A DNA stretch of 64,000 bases, taken from assembly GCA_002633005.1 (NCBI GenBank), contig NMRA01000162.1, forward strand, positions 161,335 through 225,334. Reading direction: 5' to 3'. The position numbers and the translations under genes were made by a program. Numbering within the stretch: position 1 is the first letter of the stretch; each line of letters begins with the position of its first letter. The DNA is from Phoronis australis (taxonomy: Eukaryota; Animalia; Phoronida). The notes below the pieces were generated by a model. It did no database searches and had not been told where the DNA came from. It worked only from the letters and a program-made list of their open reading frames with translations. This document shows positions 50,242-62,866 of this stretch, piece by piece.

Positions 50242-50381
50242 TGTGGGCGGCGCCACGTTAGGCTGGGGGCTTATAGCCCCCACTTTTTCAGTGCTACGCC
50301 GCACATGGTCTATAGGCGGTGCAACACAGGGGGGCTGAGGGGGCTTTAGCCCCCACTTTTTTCAGTGCTGCGCCGCCCATG
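50242..50381 (+). mobile_element. Two head-to-tail copies of MITE family C
   Basis: Both contain GGGGGCT.TAGCCCCCACTTTTT CAGTGCT..GCCGC.CATG, as at 10331-10402. Confidence 0.8.
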
Positions 50382-50625
50382 GACTTCTGCCGTGACAAGT
50401 CGGCCCAACACTGATGTGAACCTGTTCCGCTACCGGTGATTGCGTTAAAGTGGGTTTACGCCCTCTGTCGTTGTAAGATTGAACCATTTCTAATGAAAAC
50501 AAACATGGCGATTTTGAAATCAGCCATAAGTTGCTAAGAAGTTGTTTGGCTCATTCCAAAGATTTCGTTGAGTAGCTTACTCTTTTTTTCCAGAACAATG
50601 TAGGCTGTCAGCGTTTAGTGTGGAA

Positions 50626-50641
50626 ATGGCAGACGGTGGAG
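50626..50641 (+). CDS. SEC14/CRAL-TRIO plus spectrin-repeat protein, putative first coding exon
   Basis: GAAATGG context, MADGG then G|gtttgt; phase 1 fits the next exon; YY1-like AACATGGCG at about 50502. Confidence 0.5.
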
Positions 50642-51131
50642 GTTTGTATTCTATATAAGGTCTTATTAGTGCGAGCAGGAAGTCATTGCCCAAAATACAG
50701 ACAGTGTCAGTGACAGTGTCACTGTCAGTGATCACCGTCTGTAGGGGGCCCAGTAGAGAAGATTGGAGCTCCTATGGGAGCTTCAGGTATCATACGCCGT
50801 AAGATTTCGACGAATTATGCCTCACACCGACTAAAATATCAAAGTCACGTTGTTATTGTTATATGCAGTGTAAAAATGGCCAGTTACCGATTTTGGGAAC
50901 TGAACGAGGTCGAGGAACTGCTCGAAGAAAACATTTGATAAGGCCATAAGGGCAATTTCAGTTGCTACAGACGTACAATCAGAGAACATTTTGAAAAAAA
51001 ATAAAGACCTATGGTTATCTTTATTGGCTGAAAAATTGTAATTTCAGGGATGTGATGGAGTCATACATGACGGATGACAAATTAGCTGTACGTCTGTCGC
51101 CCAACTGGGATCCAAAATGTTGGTTAATAGT

Positions 51132-51335
51132 CAGTGGCGGATCTAGGATACCATAAGGGGGGGCAGCATGTTGTCTCAGAGAATTGGGCAAAGCGCGATT
51201 GTATGTGCAGCACAGGCAGCCCCAAAGTTGCGGGGGCCGGGAATGTGAACCTTTTGTTCGGAAAATCTTTTGGTGGACTTAAAAAAAACGGGATACGATT
51301 CCATTCCGCTGCGATTTAGAATCTGAGCCCCCCCC
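51132..51335 (+). mobile_element. MITE family D, copy 2
   Basis: Starts CAGTGGCGGATCTAG; body is the diverged reverse complement of 48407-48635. Confidence 0.8.
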
Positions 51336-52029
51336 TTCTCTGCTAGTGTTCCTAGTTACTGAACTCAATATTTCCTCACGCTTCACACTGTTGCTGTTTC
51401 ACTGACTTTGCTTGCGGGAGCCAAGGGGGGGGGGGGGCATTTGGCTAATAAGGCAATTATTGCTTCTTAGTTTGTGGCACACAGAGGGGCACTAATGAAC
51501 AATTTGTGATCAATTTCATTGGTGATGAGGTGGGTTCGTAGCTCCTTTAAATTTTTAGCTCAATTTCTTTTGTTGGCAATTGTGGAAACAAAATAATGCT
51601 GTTTTGTGAACTACGAAGTCACACCATGTTACCAGTAATGTCAGAAGTGTGTGGGCTGTCTTTTTTATTGTTGGGGCTTTATTTGACCTTGCGCTCGACC
51701 ATCAACACACTAGCAAAAGAGGCCGCCCACATGCCACAATTTCTGTCATGCAAATGTGGCTGGTGCTGTTGGGATTGCCCGGCCCCCTGTGGAGTGTGAC
51801 GGCAATTACAAGACAGCTGAGATCTTGTGTTATCTTGCATGATCTCACCAAGACACTTAGCTTTAGTGAATGTATTCCAGGGCTGTTGTCTCATTTTTAG
51901 CACTGTGATGAAATACTTGTAGTGTATAGCAAAAGGAAATTTACTATGTGCTGTAAATAGGGTATTCAGATGTTGTCAATTAGACTCTTTATACATACTG
52001 TAATGACAATTTTACATTCCACTTTTCAG

Positions 52030-52098
52030 CTGAGTATGTGAAGAGGTTTAAGGCACCTTCGAAAGAATTGCTCAACACTGAAGTTGCCTTACTGACTG
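52030..52098 (+). CDS. SEC14-spectrin protein, exon 2
   Basis: ttttcag|(A)EYVKRFKAPSKELLNTEVALLT G|gtaatt; leads into the A-x-L-x-GG start of the Trio/SESTD1-type SEC14 domain. Confidence 0.75.
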
Positions 52099-53271
52099 GT
52101 AATTATATAGTACACCATGGAATCCAGACGTAGATGAAAATTACTTGACGTTTAACCGCACTCCTTCTGGTTATGTAAATTTGTTCTTATACATATTTTT
52201 CGAATCAGAACTGCAAATCTAATTTGTTGAAATTAATGTGGATTCTTCGAGCAACTTAAAAAGAAACACACGTATTGTCATTATTACCGACTGTTACTGT
52301 TATATTTGTGATAGTTATTGTAGAAATTCACTGTTGTTAATCTATTTGCTTCAAATTCTAGTGACAGTTGTTGGTCAAAGTTACAGTCACTGTGTTGCCA
52401 TAGATAGAATGTACAAGGGTGTTTAGGAAATGGAAAGATAACACACGAGTCCGTGGTCTCGTCCACCATCTTGGATATGTAGTTACATAGAATAGACAAT
52501 CCAATTCGAGTGCGTTTCCAATGTAAAAGGTGATGAGTGTAAGAGCTGTTTACACCTAAACTTTTGGAAGGATATTGACTAGATAAAGTGTTAAAAGTTT
52601 GCTATTCTGCCCTTCCCAAAATATAGAACATTGTAACATTTTTCTTCCTGAGAACTACCTGACAGTGTGTTTAATTTCGGAACACAATAAGACTAATGAT
52701 TTTAGCTATATGTCATAAAGTCTAATCCAGGGTCAGTGTTCATACGGTTACGAAGGAAAACCAAGGCTTCAAATTATTGCAGTTAAATCTTTAATTCTGT
52801 TACATTTGCAAATGTTACTATCGCTGATCACTCCTGCATCGACGGACCAGTGAAGCCAAGATTCAGGGTAATGAAAACTAACTTCTTGTCTGAATATTTC
52901 TGCAAAATTTCAGTGTCGGAACAACCCAGCAATATTCACAGACTGGTGGCATAAATTTATTTTCAAGCGTTGTTTTCATCACTTACGTTTATTTTAGGAG
53001 AAATCAGCATTCTATTGCCCGGTCCCACACAGGACAATGGCTTGTTTAGTCTACCCTGTTCCCCACCAGGCGAGTGTGTGCACTCTGCGTGTACTCATCT
53101 TGGAACCATGGACTAATGTGTTACCAACCATATCACTTATTGCGAGGATTGGAGTCTTTAAGTATGAGTTTACTGTTTGTTTCCTGTGTTATCCACAGGG
53201 GGAGCTGGCTGTTACCAGCAAGCCTCAGTCATATTCAGCACAACTTTACTGTTGTTTTGTGTTTTCTATAG

Positions 53272-53492
53272 GTGGTGCTGACTGCCACCAACGAGCCTCA
53301 ATTGTATTCAGCAAGTGTCAGCAGGACATCTTGCGTGACATACCCGTGCAGGACGCCCTTGACCTTGTGCAATACCTCGTGAACATTGTGCCATCGTACA
53401 ATAAGCAGTATGGCATTAGTTTACTGTGCGACTTAAAGAAGGTATCAATAGAAGTCATCAACAGGGTAGCTGACATCCTGAATAAAATTCAG
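53272..53492 (+). CDS. SEC14-spectrin protein, exon 3
   Basis: tag|GGADCHQRASIVF...LVQYLVNIVPSYNKQYGISLLCDLKK...NKIQ|gtgagt; resembles CRAL-TRIO domains of the Trio/MCF2L/SESTD1 type. Confidence 0.85.
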
Positions 53493-54368
53493 GTGAGTTT
53501 TTAAAAAAGTTTCTCGCCAAATGTTCTTATAAGGGTGACTCACCGTATCGGAACTCTGCTTTCTGTTAGGGCTGTCAACACAGCCACAGTGCATTCATTC
53601 CCTTTCTCAAAGAAGCAAAAGATAGGAGCAGTGCTTGTGCTCTGCCAGCAAACACAAGGCTTAAAAACGGGGCCTACCGAAGTGACAGTGGGCAGTCAAA
53701 CCCACTGCCATACAGTGCTCAAGTGTTGGGATTTTCAGAAAGGTAACCTATCTAGACATTAGCTCCCATTTGGAATGATTTACAAATTTTGTAGAGCTAT
53801 GAGTTTTGACAGCAGAATAATTATTTTAATTTACAATATTTTGATTATTTTCCAAAATGGACATTATCAGGATAAGTAGCTTAGGGAAAATTTATTATCA
53901 TATAAAAATAGTTACATAGTTTGTCACCTTGGATACTATTCTGATAAATTGCTTGTAACAAATGCAAATGAGACACATGGAAATAAACCTTTCTTTTTTG
54001 TTTATTATCTTGTATTTTCAATTGATACAAGACTTGCTTTCTTTTTCTACAGAGTTTACACTGTGCATTGTTCTGTGTTAATGATTTCTGGACTGTTTCT
54101 GAGAAATAGAAATAGGCCCCCCAAAAATTGGACCAACCCCATTTATATTATACATACTTCAGTTATTCAAGTACAGTTAGCATCAAGTTTTAGAGACTGA
54201 AGTGCATTTACATTTCATTCTTCGTTTCCTGCCTGCACACTGATTTTTTGCACTTGACTTTGAATTCAACTTTATATAGGACATTTGAACCACCATCAAC
54301 ACACTTGGATTGTTGTGTATAGCATAAACTTATCTGGAAAACATCTGTCTACTCACTCAGTCTGATTA

Positions 54369-54660
54369 CTGTAAAAATTCTCCAGTTTGGGACAGTCTCC
54401 AGAATTTGGGACACGGAAACTTATGGGAAAATTTTCATGATTTTGGAAATTGGGACAAGGGCGCTTTTGCCATTCACAGTTTTTGTCAAATTTCGAACAG
54501 CGTGTTTTCAATCTACAGAGTTTGTAATTTTGCCTTCTTTCCAGTGATTCTTAAATTTGGGAAGGCCACTATTGGCTATTACTAGAATTTGAGAAATGCT
54601 CCGATCTTGAGCAAAGTAAAAAAATTAATTTTTTACCATGATCATGGAGAATTTTTACTG
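54369..54660. mobile_element. TA-flanked MITE (Tc1/mariner-pogo-like)
   Basis: TA|CTGTAAAAATTCTCCA ... TGGAGAATTTTTACTG|TA; a related degenerate copy lies at about 12870-13060. Confidence 0.75.
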
Positions 54661-55011
54661 TAGTTGTATGCGACAGTCATACACAAAATTGTGTACAAAA
54701 CATTGGCGAATGCAGACGTGGCTTCACAGACTGCATGATAAACAAGACTTCTCCTTTGCCAGAAGTCTTTATCCAACTGATAATTTCACCCACTGAGCGA
54801 CTGTACTTTTATTTCTCGCTGTATTTAAGTGCTCATGGACATGGGGAAAATGTGAGAACTATCAATTTACCATGTCTGAAAATTGCTCTGCATCAACTTG
54901 TAAAGATGTGAGCACGTATTAGTATTGACACGTTGACTTATTGGGCAGGCACCTCGGCTTTATTTATACAGGCACACCAAAGTTACATAAACAGTGAGAG
55001 TTTTTTTTCAG

Positions 55012-55131
55012 TTTCCAACGTCAGTTGTATTTTACGCTGTCCAGCCCAAGTCCAAAGACTTGCTCAAGAAATTGCAGTATGCAATTGGTTTGAAAAGCAA
55101 GAAGAAGCACTTTAAGAAATGTCCATATGAT
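55012..55131 (+). CDS. SEC14-spectrin protein, exon 4
   Basis: ttttcag|FPTSVVFYAVQPKSKDLLKKLQYAIGLKSKKKHFKKCPYD|gtaagt; phase 0/0. Confidence 0.8.
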
Positions 55132-56522
55132 GTAAGTATCGTGAGCAGCAAGCAATTCAATATTGCACATGTTAGGTAAGGTCATGGAAAAAAGCAATTG
55201 GTTCTGTTAGACCAGACTTGGACCAAAGTAGTGTTGGGGATGTATAAATACTGGCAATAACAAAGAAATTCCTTTGTAAAATACGACATTTCACTTTTTT
55301 GGCTTCATAAAGCATTCTGAGGGTCTGATATACAGTTTTATGTAAATTGATGCAGAATGTTTTAGTTGTGATATCAAAAAAAAATTCACCTGATGCCAAC
55401 TGAAAGGAGTCATGATCCAGGTTTCAAAATGAGTTGGGCACAAACTAAAACCAACAGTTGTTCTTCGATATGTTAATGTTTGACCTAGCATGATTAGTAA
55501 AATGTTTATCAGTATACTAGCTTTTGTGAAACTCATCATGCATTGGCTTTTTCACAGGATTTGAATGTAATCTGGAAGGTACATGACTCAAAACATGGGT
55601 AGCCTGACTTTTACTATCAAAACGGTCTCTTTATTGTTTTTATTTGAATTATAAACCCTGTTTCAATTTTGTATTAAAAACTTATTTGTTTCAAAGAAAA
55701 CCTTGTATTTTCAACTTTCTGATAAGCTACAGGTCCATTGTGCAGTCATGTAAAATTTGGTATGTTGTCTTGTTGAAATTGAGATTAATTTTTATTAATA
55801 CCCTCAGATGGATTAAATTACTGTTGTGACCCCTAGTGGCATTTTTACTTTTTTGCCTTTGTCTCTCAACTCCACGATGAAATTTGGCAGAAAAAGATTT
55901 CACATGGTTTTTGTCCATTTTTGAATGAATATGACCTATTCCAGTTTTATTGTTTGTTTTCAGCTTTTGCCTCACTGTACCAAACCACTTGAAGGATCAT
56001 CATTCAATTTAGCACAGCATGTGTTTCAGAGAGCACAGCTGGCATTGATTTCTTGACAGATTTGACTTAACTGTGGCACTCCCTGTATCAGTTTTAGTTT
56101 TGTGCTAGGGTTTCTTGATGAATCTTCATGAAATGGTTGACATGTGTTATCAGTTATTGCAGGGCAGCTGTTTAATGTTTCAATCTGTAGGAGCAATTTA
56201 AATGTTTGTACCTGACTTTCTATTTGTAACACCCTGTAAAAAGATGTTTATGACATAGCTTGAATGTTTGTTTGTTCGTTTGTTGTGAGGATAAGACAGA
56301 ACTCCTCAATGTTTAGACAAGTCTGTAGTGTGTTGTGCCCCCTTGTGGTAATTTCATGTTGCTCCCTTTTGTGGCAATGTTTGAAATAACGACCACCCCT
56401 TGTATTTTTGCTGTTTGTGTTGCACTCGGTATGGTGCATATTGATTATCTGCATTACTCGTTGAATTTGGTGTTATATCTGGCAAGAAAATTGACAAAAC
56501 TAATTCGCTCAATTGTTCCTAG

Positions 56523-56639
56523 GTTGTGCTCGTGTCCAAGCTTGGTGAACTGACTAAACACTTTGATGAGGGCCAGCTAACAAGTGAATTTGGCGGAACA
56601 CTGACTTACAGCCATGCCGTGTGGGTGGAGTACAGAATG
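56523..56639 (+). CDS. SEC14-spectrin protein, exon 5
   Basis: tag|VVLVSKLGELTKHFDEGQLTSEFGGTLTYSHAVWVEYRM|gtagg; hallmark QLTxxFGGxLxYxHxxW end of this SEC14 subtype. Confidence 0.92.
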
Positions 56640-56864
56640 GTAGGATTTACCTCTAAGATACGCAGGCGGATTTAGGTGGGGAAGGGATCTACCTTCCATT
56701 GGCTGCCAACCAAAATGGCACAAAAGTAAATTTTGGTATCTATTGTGGTTAATCGTGAATGTTTACTTGCCTTCTTTATTACTCTTTTAGTACTATCTGT
56801 ATGGGCAAAACTATTATTAAGCACATTGTACGACTGTGTTAAGAATTCTACACATTTTTTCTAG

Positions 56865-57025
56865 GTCATTGAGCGCCTATACAGTAAAATTGAATACTCC
56901 CTTATGCGTGTGCCTGCGACCCGGGATAAGTTGGACATGTTGCAAGATTATGAAGTCCCTGCGAAGCTGGACAATGCGTGCCATCTTTTGGGTACGCTGA
57001 GCGACAAGTATCATGAAACTATAAA
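56865..57025 (+). CDS. SEC14-spectrin protein, exon 6
   Basis: ctag|VIERLYSKIEYSLMRVP...LSDKYHETIK|gtaag; helical character, phase 0/2. Confidence 0.85.
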
Positions 57026-57362
57026 GTAAGGCTTCAAAGAGATACATTTTGAAGTTGACTCATAAAAACTGTTGGTAACGATACTATGAAATAATGTTTA
57101 AGCGAGTGTTAATTATGGTAATTATGTTAAGTGTCTGAGCTACAAAAAAGTACGTTTTGTATACTGCAGTTGCCTATTAGTACTTACAGAAACCTAGTTA
57201 TGTAGTAAGTTATTTTGTTGAGTGTAGTGAATTGCGTCACCTCATTGTCACCTTGTCATGTAATGAATTGCTTTCTCTTGAGTTGTATTACAATCTCATC
57301 ATCCAAAATTGTGTACTGTCAGAATAAAACTGATGAAGTTAATTTAACCGGAACTGTTTCAG

Positions 57363-57612
57363 GGAGCTTAACTTGGAAGGGTTGGTTGACGAAGCCAACG
57401 TACTGATCAGTGAAATGCGCTCCCCTGACAAGTCCAAGTACTTTGTCCAGGCAGCCAACTCGGGTTCATTGAGAGATGACCTTGCGCAACTGCAGAAGCT
57501 TAAGAAACTACTGGTCAGTGCTCGAGATTCACTACGCTCCCTCTGGCAGAAAGCGGAGCACAAACTGGCCAAGGGGACAGAGTCTAGTCAACACCAGAAG
57601 AAGGGTAAGAAG
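57363..57612 (+). CDS. SEC14-spectrin protein, exon 7
   Basis: ttcag|ELNLEGLVDEANVLISEM...RDSLRSLWQKAEHKLAKG...KGKK|gtaagt; spectrin-like L-W helix. Confidence 0.85.
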
Positions 57613-58635
57613 GTAAGTTGTGTGTAACTCTGACACAGCTCACTCCAGACGAGTCTGCCACATTGTCACTTCTGGAGCCCTTAGAATAAAGGCCGGCCAG
57701 GAGTCTCTGAAAATGGTTATAGTCAGATAGAGCATGCTCGCTTTTGAGAACCAGTTTTGTCCATTGAATAACGGGCATCAAACTGTTCATGTTATATCCG
57801 ACTATTACCCTGAATAGAAACCCACCCAGGTGTGTCTTGGGGGCAAAACGTGAAACATTTTGGTGTTGGCATGTACGAGGCTTTACATTTGAGATAAAAC
57901 TATTATCTCTCATTTGTGTTATTTTGGCAGTGAACGGTAAAGGAAAACTAATGTTTTGTGAGCAAAATAGTACATGACATTCACTTAAATATGCCCGGAT
58001 GCCCTTAATTTCACCTTTTGAGTCTAATCACTCCTGTATTCACTCGAGTGTAAGCTCATGAGGTGCCTCTTTCTCATTATACACCATTAAATTTTAATGG
58101 CGAAAATGTCTGGTTTACTTCAATTCCCGTTGTGTTAAGTGGCTTGAGTTAATATCCACCTCCAAAAAATAAAGGATGTTGATGGTTTGGCGTATGGTAC
58201 TGAGATACATTTTTGTCCGACCAGTAAGAAACAAGTTGGTGACCGGTCTTTGATTGATCGGGAAAATAACTGACTGAACAGCAGACTGCGCAGCCAACTG
58301 CAGTGTCGACTTCTGGGCAGGGTCTTGATTTTCTTGTCATCGTGTCACTTCTTACTTGATTTCACCGCTTGTGCAAGAATTTAAAACATGCACATCAGAA
58401 TGTGGTGATGTTCTACTACATAACAGTAAGCTTGTCCCGAACGTCCAACCCAAGACAACTTTAGCGGTGGCGGAGCTAATGACTTCTACTGGATTGTTGC
58501 TTGTTTTGTTGGAGTCTGCAATGAGTTGGCGACTGCTTGGGCTACAGTTTGGACCTGTACTGCTTTAAGTGAGGTATCTAGAGCTCTTTAGTTAGTTGTT
58601 TGTGACAAGTAAAGCATATTCCTCTGTTGTTTCAG

Positions 58636-58761
58636 ATTATAAAGTGGATCCAGAGAGTCGGTGTGCCAACGTTAAGTAGGCCATTTGTCTGTGGACATGA
58701 CTTGGTGTCGGCCATGAGCTTTAAGAAAGAGTTTGAGAAGAGTTTCTATGCACAAAGCCAG
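58636..58761 (+). CDS. SEC14-spectrin protein, exon 8
   Basis: ttcag|IIKWIQRVGVPTLSRPFVCGHDLVSAMSFKKEFEKSFYAQSQ|gtacag; spectrin-repeat W-I...G-x-D pattern. Confidence 0.85.
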
Positions 58762-59216
58762 GTACAGTATTGATTGATGTGATCATTTAGCTTGTCAAAA
58801 CAGTACACTTAGGAGTAAAATGTTGGTCTCAGCTCGGATACATGATTCAGTCGTTTATTACGACAATCGTATGTCTGCACGATACAAAATTATATCATAG
58901 GATGACAAGAACCCGCATTCATAACAAAAAACAAGTGGCCCACTTAAATTTCTGGCTAGCTTTAGCCATGTGTTGAATCTGCTAGAACTGAAATTCAAAA
59001 ACAAAAGGTGCATCTGTCTTACAAATGCTTATTGCAGAAATTAAAATTACAGTATCCACTGTCTCAAGACCACACTGAGCGTGGCGCGTTCATGATACTC
59101 TGTGGGCTTAGAATTTGTTTGTTTAACTTTTAATAATACCTGTAATACCTGTAATACCTGTTGTTTAACTTTTAAGTAATCTTTTAGTTATGTTGTACTT
59201 AACTATAACGTTTCAG

Positions 59217-59411
59217 GGTGTTATCGACCAGGCTAATAGTATTGTTGCTGAGTTGGACCACATGGTGCTAGATGGAAGTCCTGGTGACCTCCAACCTTTG
59301 CTGTCATTCGCCAGATCTCTGCAGAGCTCAGCCAATAGCTTTGAGGAGCAGCTCAAAGGCCATCATAAGCTTTATTCAGATATGGTCCAGTTCTTCCAAA
59401 GTTTAGCCCTG
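59217..59411 (+). CDS. SEC14-spectrin protein, exon 9
   Basis: tttcag|GVIDQANSIVAEL...FEEQLKGHHKLYSDMVQFFQSLAL|gtaag. Confidence 0.85.
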
Positions 59412-59831
59412 GTAAGAGCTGGCAATTAGCCAATAATACCCGAGGTAGAAAGAAATACAATTTTTACTTGTTATGTGTTTTAGTTTCTAATTTCGTTCTA
59501 TTCTTATTGAAGTTACTGTTCAAACTAGGGTCTAATCTCCAAGTCAGATTCAGAAAGTCGGATTAGAAGCTTAAGCAATAGTGTGGCATGATCTGAGTAC
59601 AAATTTGTAAATTTATACATGGTATGACATGGTACCAGGTTTCATTGTTGTGGTCAATTTTTCGTGATGCCAAAAGTCAATTATGTGCCTCCCAAGATTT
59701 TAGTTTTGTGTTAAATATGAGCATTGAGTGTGAGGACTAAAATTCTTACAAGTTGTAAGTGAGCGGTTTCTTCATAAAAGTCCAAGTTAGCAGACTGATC
59801 CACTAATAAGAAAGTGCTATTTTTCCAACAG

Positions 59832-60064
59832 GTGACACACTGGTACAAGTCCACGATAAGTGTTCTTCCAGTCCACCTCTTGAAGAGATCGTTGACAAAA
59901 GATGGACTTGTCTGTGAGACAACACCGCCATGGTGGCAGGCCATCACATACCACTGTCAGAAGTTACCTCCCCCTGGTGGTGCTGAGTTGAATCATATGA
60001 AACAAATGATCACCCATGTGCCAGGGAGGGGTGTCAGAAACAAGACCCGACTCATTGTACACAG
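59832..60064 (+). CDS. SEC14-spectrin protein, exon 10
   Basis: cag|VTHWYKSTISVLP...KTRLIVHR|gtgagt; phase 0/2. Confidence 0.82.
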
Positions 60065-60398
60065 GTGAGTAGCGTGTGGAGTTTTGTTACCTAGCACTGA
60101 GCATGGCATTTCAAGGGACTGGTGTTAAGCTAAGAGGACTTATCTGGGCTGCAGCTGTCAGTCACTTGTTGAGCAAGCAATTTGCATCAATGTTGAATGA
60201 AAGTTATTGTTGTGGTTATGTCCATTTTAGCATTAGGTCTAGAATGAGCAATATTATTCGTGAAATACATCAGATTGTGTTACAGGTAAACCAGGTGAAA
60301 ATGTTTAAAACTTGTAGTAGAACAGAAACCTTTAATTAATTTGATTGCTGTGATTTTTACTTTTTTAATAAACATGTTCATTTAATGTTTCATTTCAG

Positions 60399-62451
60399 AG
60401 TGAAACTCTTGTTGCGTGTTTTCAACAGTCGTTCGAAATTTCTCACTGGTCAAGCACTGCAAATCTTCCAATGGCACGAGAACGTTCTTGAAGGAAAGGA
60501 TGAGGTCGACTTGGGCTTTTCCGATTCTATGTCAGACCTATCCAGCTTGAACCTGTCGGCGTCTAATCCATCTCTGGGCAATGGTGATACTGGAAGCAGT
60601 AGTGCAGTCCAGACAAAGTCATCCACTGAGCGTTCAGTGATGAGATCTCTTAGTCGAACTCCAAAGCTAAGGAGCAGATATAGTCTCTCTAGTGCTAGTC
60701 CGAGTGTTTCTGAAGCAGGCTCAGGCAGAGTGCAAAGGCACGCGTCTGTGTCACATGCTGTTGTGGATGAAAATACTCCTGCCATGCAAAGTCTTCCCAT
60801 AGAAGGTAAAGAAGATACAGGTCCTTCTTTGATGGAAAGTCTTCCCATAGAAGGTAAAGAAGATACAGGTCCTTCTTTGATGGAAAGTCTTCCCATAGAA
60901 GGTAAAGAAGATACAGGTCCTTCTTTGATGGAAGTGCTGGATGACACTTCTCCCATGCAACTGCCAGTTTGTCCAAGCAGCTCTCCAACTTCCCAGAATG
61001 CTCTTGCTTCTGGGAAAAGCTCTGTTAGGGAAGACTTGGGTGACAGAGAGTTGTATGTGGACTTGGGTGTTGTTGAGGAGGCTAATCGCTCTGAGCAATA
61101 CAAAAGACTTGCCGCCTTATTAAATGCTCAAAAGGAAGAACATGTGCCAAATCAAATTGTAGGAGACAGTTATGGTAATAGTCTTTCTGTGGACAGTCCA
61201 GGTAGGAAAGGTCTGAATGAGAGACATCCTCAGTTGAAGAACGATGTGACAAGTTCAGATGCCACATTGCAGAGTTCTTCAAACCCTGAGTTGGGTGAAC
61301 ATGGAAAGAAGACTGCAGTCTTGTCTCAACCTTTTTGTGATGAAAAGTCTACAGTATCAGTTTTGGAAGTTGGCAAAGATGCTCCTCCATCTAAATCTGG
61401 AAGGAGTAGAGAAAGAGAATCAGGTGGACTGTCGATAATGGCTAAACAAATTCGACACAAACAAAACCATGGTCAGAAACACGTGGAAGAGACTGATCAC
61501 TTAATGCTGGAAGAGCGTACTCCATTTCAACCTACACCTGACATGCTTGATGAGATTACTGCATGCAATTTGTCTCCAGAAGAGCAACTGAACATGATGG
61601 CTTCATTGTTTAACGAGAATCCTGGGCTTGGAGAGAGCACCAGTTGTGTTGCCATGCCATCTGAGAGAAAGTCACGATCTTCTTTCGCAGCCGTTACTCT
61701 GAATGGGAAAAATGAGATTCACGCGAATACTGCGAACCAAGGTGAAATGGTAATGAATCGAAGTACTGCTCCGGAGGTTGGTAGGAAACGTGAAAGACAC
61801 AGAAAGCATATTGATTCTAACTTGACTTCAGAGCAACTACGAGAGGTGGAGAAGATGAAGAAGGAGCAAGAGAGAGAGGAGCAGATGCAACTAAGGTATT
61901 ATAATGATGAGTTGTCACGAAGAAAGGGATTCTCAGGTCGTGAAGGATTGGCTCTTCAAGAGGACAGCACCTCATCGGGTGAAGGATTGGCTCTTCAAGA
62001 GGACAGCACCTCATCGGGTGAAGGATTGGCTCTTCAAGAGGACAGCACCTCATCGGCTGACATGAGTTTACCACATGATGCTGCAGGCCGTGAGGAAGAA
62101 ACTTCTTATTTTTCAGAAGACGTTTCCTTGAGAAGTTATCTGGGTGTCGATATGGATGGTGATGGTTCAGGGTTGGGTCAGGACAGTTTTAGCCAAGAGA
62201 ATCAATTTGGTTATGACATGGAAGGGGACAGTTACGGCATTGACATCCATAAGTGGATTTCTGACGGTGACAAAGAGGTGAAGAGTTTAGTCTTAGATGC
62301 TGGCCATGATTCAGGTGTTGCCTGTGGAGCTGAAAAAGATATTGAACGTGAAGAGGAGGGACAGTCCTCTAGAGATATGGAGAAGTCCATTAAGCCCTCT
62401 TCTGGTTGTAGTAGTGACGTTGGACAGGTGGCAGAAGTTAGAGAGAATGAG
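60399..62451 (+). CDS. SEC14-spectrin protein, exon 11 (2053 nt, Ser/Glu-rich low complexity)
   Basis: tttcag|A GTG... within the 717-aa ORF; donor GAG|gtaatc is in phase with the next exon. Confidence 0.85.
60784..60934 (+). repeat. Coding 48-bp tandem repeat, 3 copies
   Basis: Encodes M(Q/E)SLPIEGKEDTGPSL three times; units differ at one nucleotide. Confidence 0.95.
61940..62056 (+). repeat. Coding 39-bp tandem repeat, 3 copies
   Basis: Three identical GTGAAGGATTGGCTCTTCAAGAGGACAGCACCTCATCGG units encoding EGLALQEDSTSS(G). Confidence 0.95.
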
Positions 62452-62866
62452 GTAATCAACTTTAATAAGATTCAATTTTTCTATGAAAGTTTTACCCAAG
62501 AGCTTTTTGAAGGGATATGTGACCATACACATATCTGAACTTGGCTGCATGGTGGGCATATGACATATAGCTGTGCCCAAATGTTGGTGGAGGAAGATTT
62601 CATCACCAGAACTGGTCGGTGAATGTTATTTGTTTTGAATGGTCATCAGTGCATCAAAGCATAGAATGGCAGTACTATCTAAATTTATTTTTTGGAACTT
62701 ATCTCTCATTGCCCTTTGAATTTTTGTTGATTCTTTTAGATGGATTAAAAAAAGAAATTTTAGTATTGTGTGGTTGATCAGCCTGAGCATGTTTCATTGT
62801 TGAGTTGAGTTGAGTAATGTTAATGGTCTTGACTAGTTCTACGATTATTGCTTGCTTAATTTCTAG

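Noticed and set aside
50505-50537. ATG in AACATGGCG as the start of the SEC14 gene
   Set aside because: The frame closes after 10 codons (MAILKSAISC*); better read as a YY1-like promoter motif or a uORF.
60450-61103. 217-aa antisense ORF and shorter repeat-containing ORFs
   Set aside because: Shadows of the long sense exon and its 48-bp repeat.
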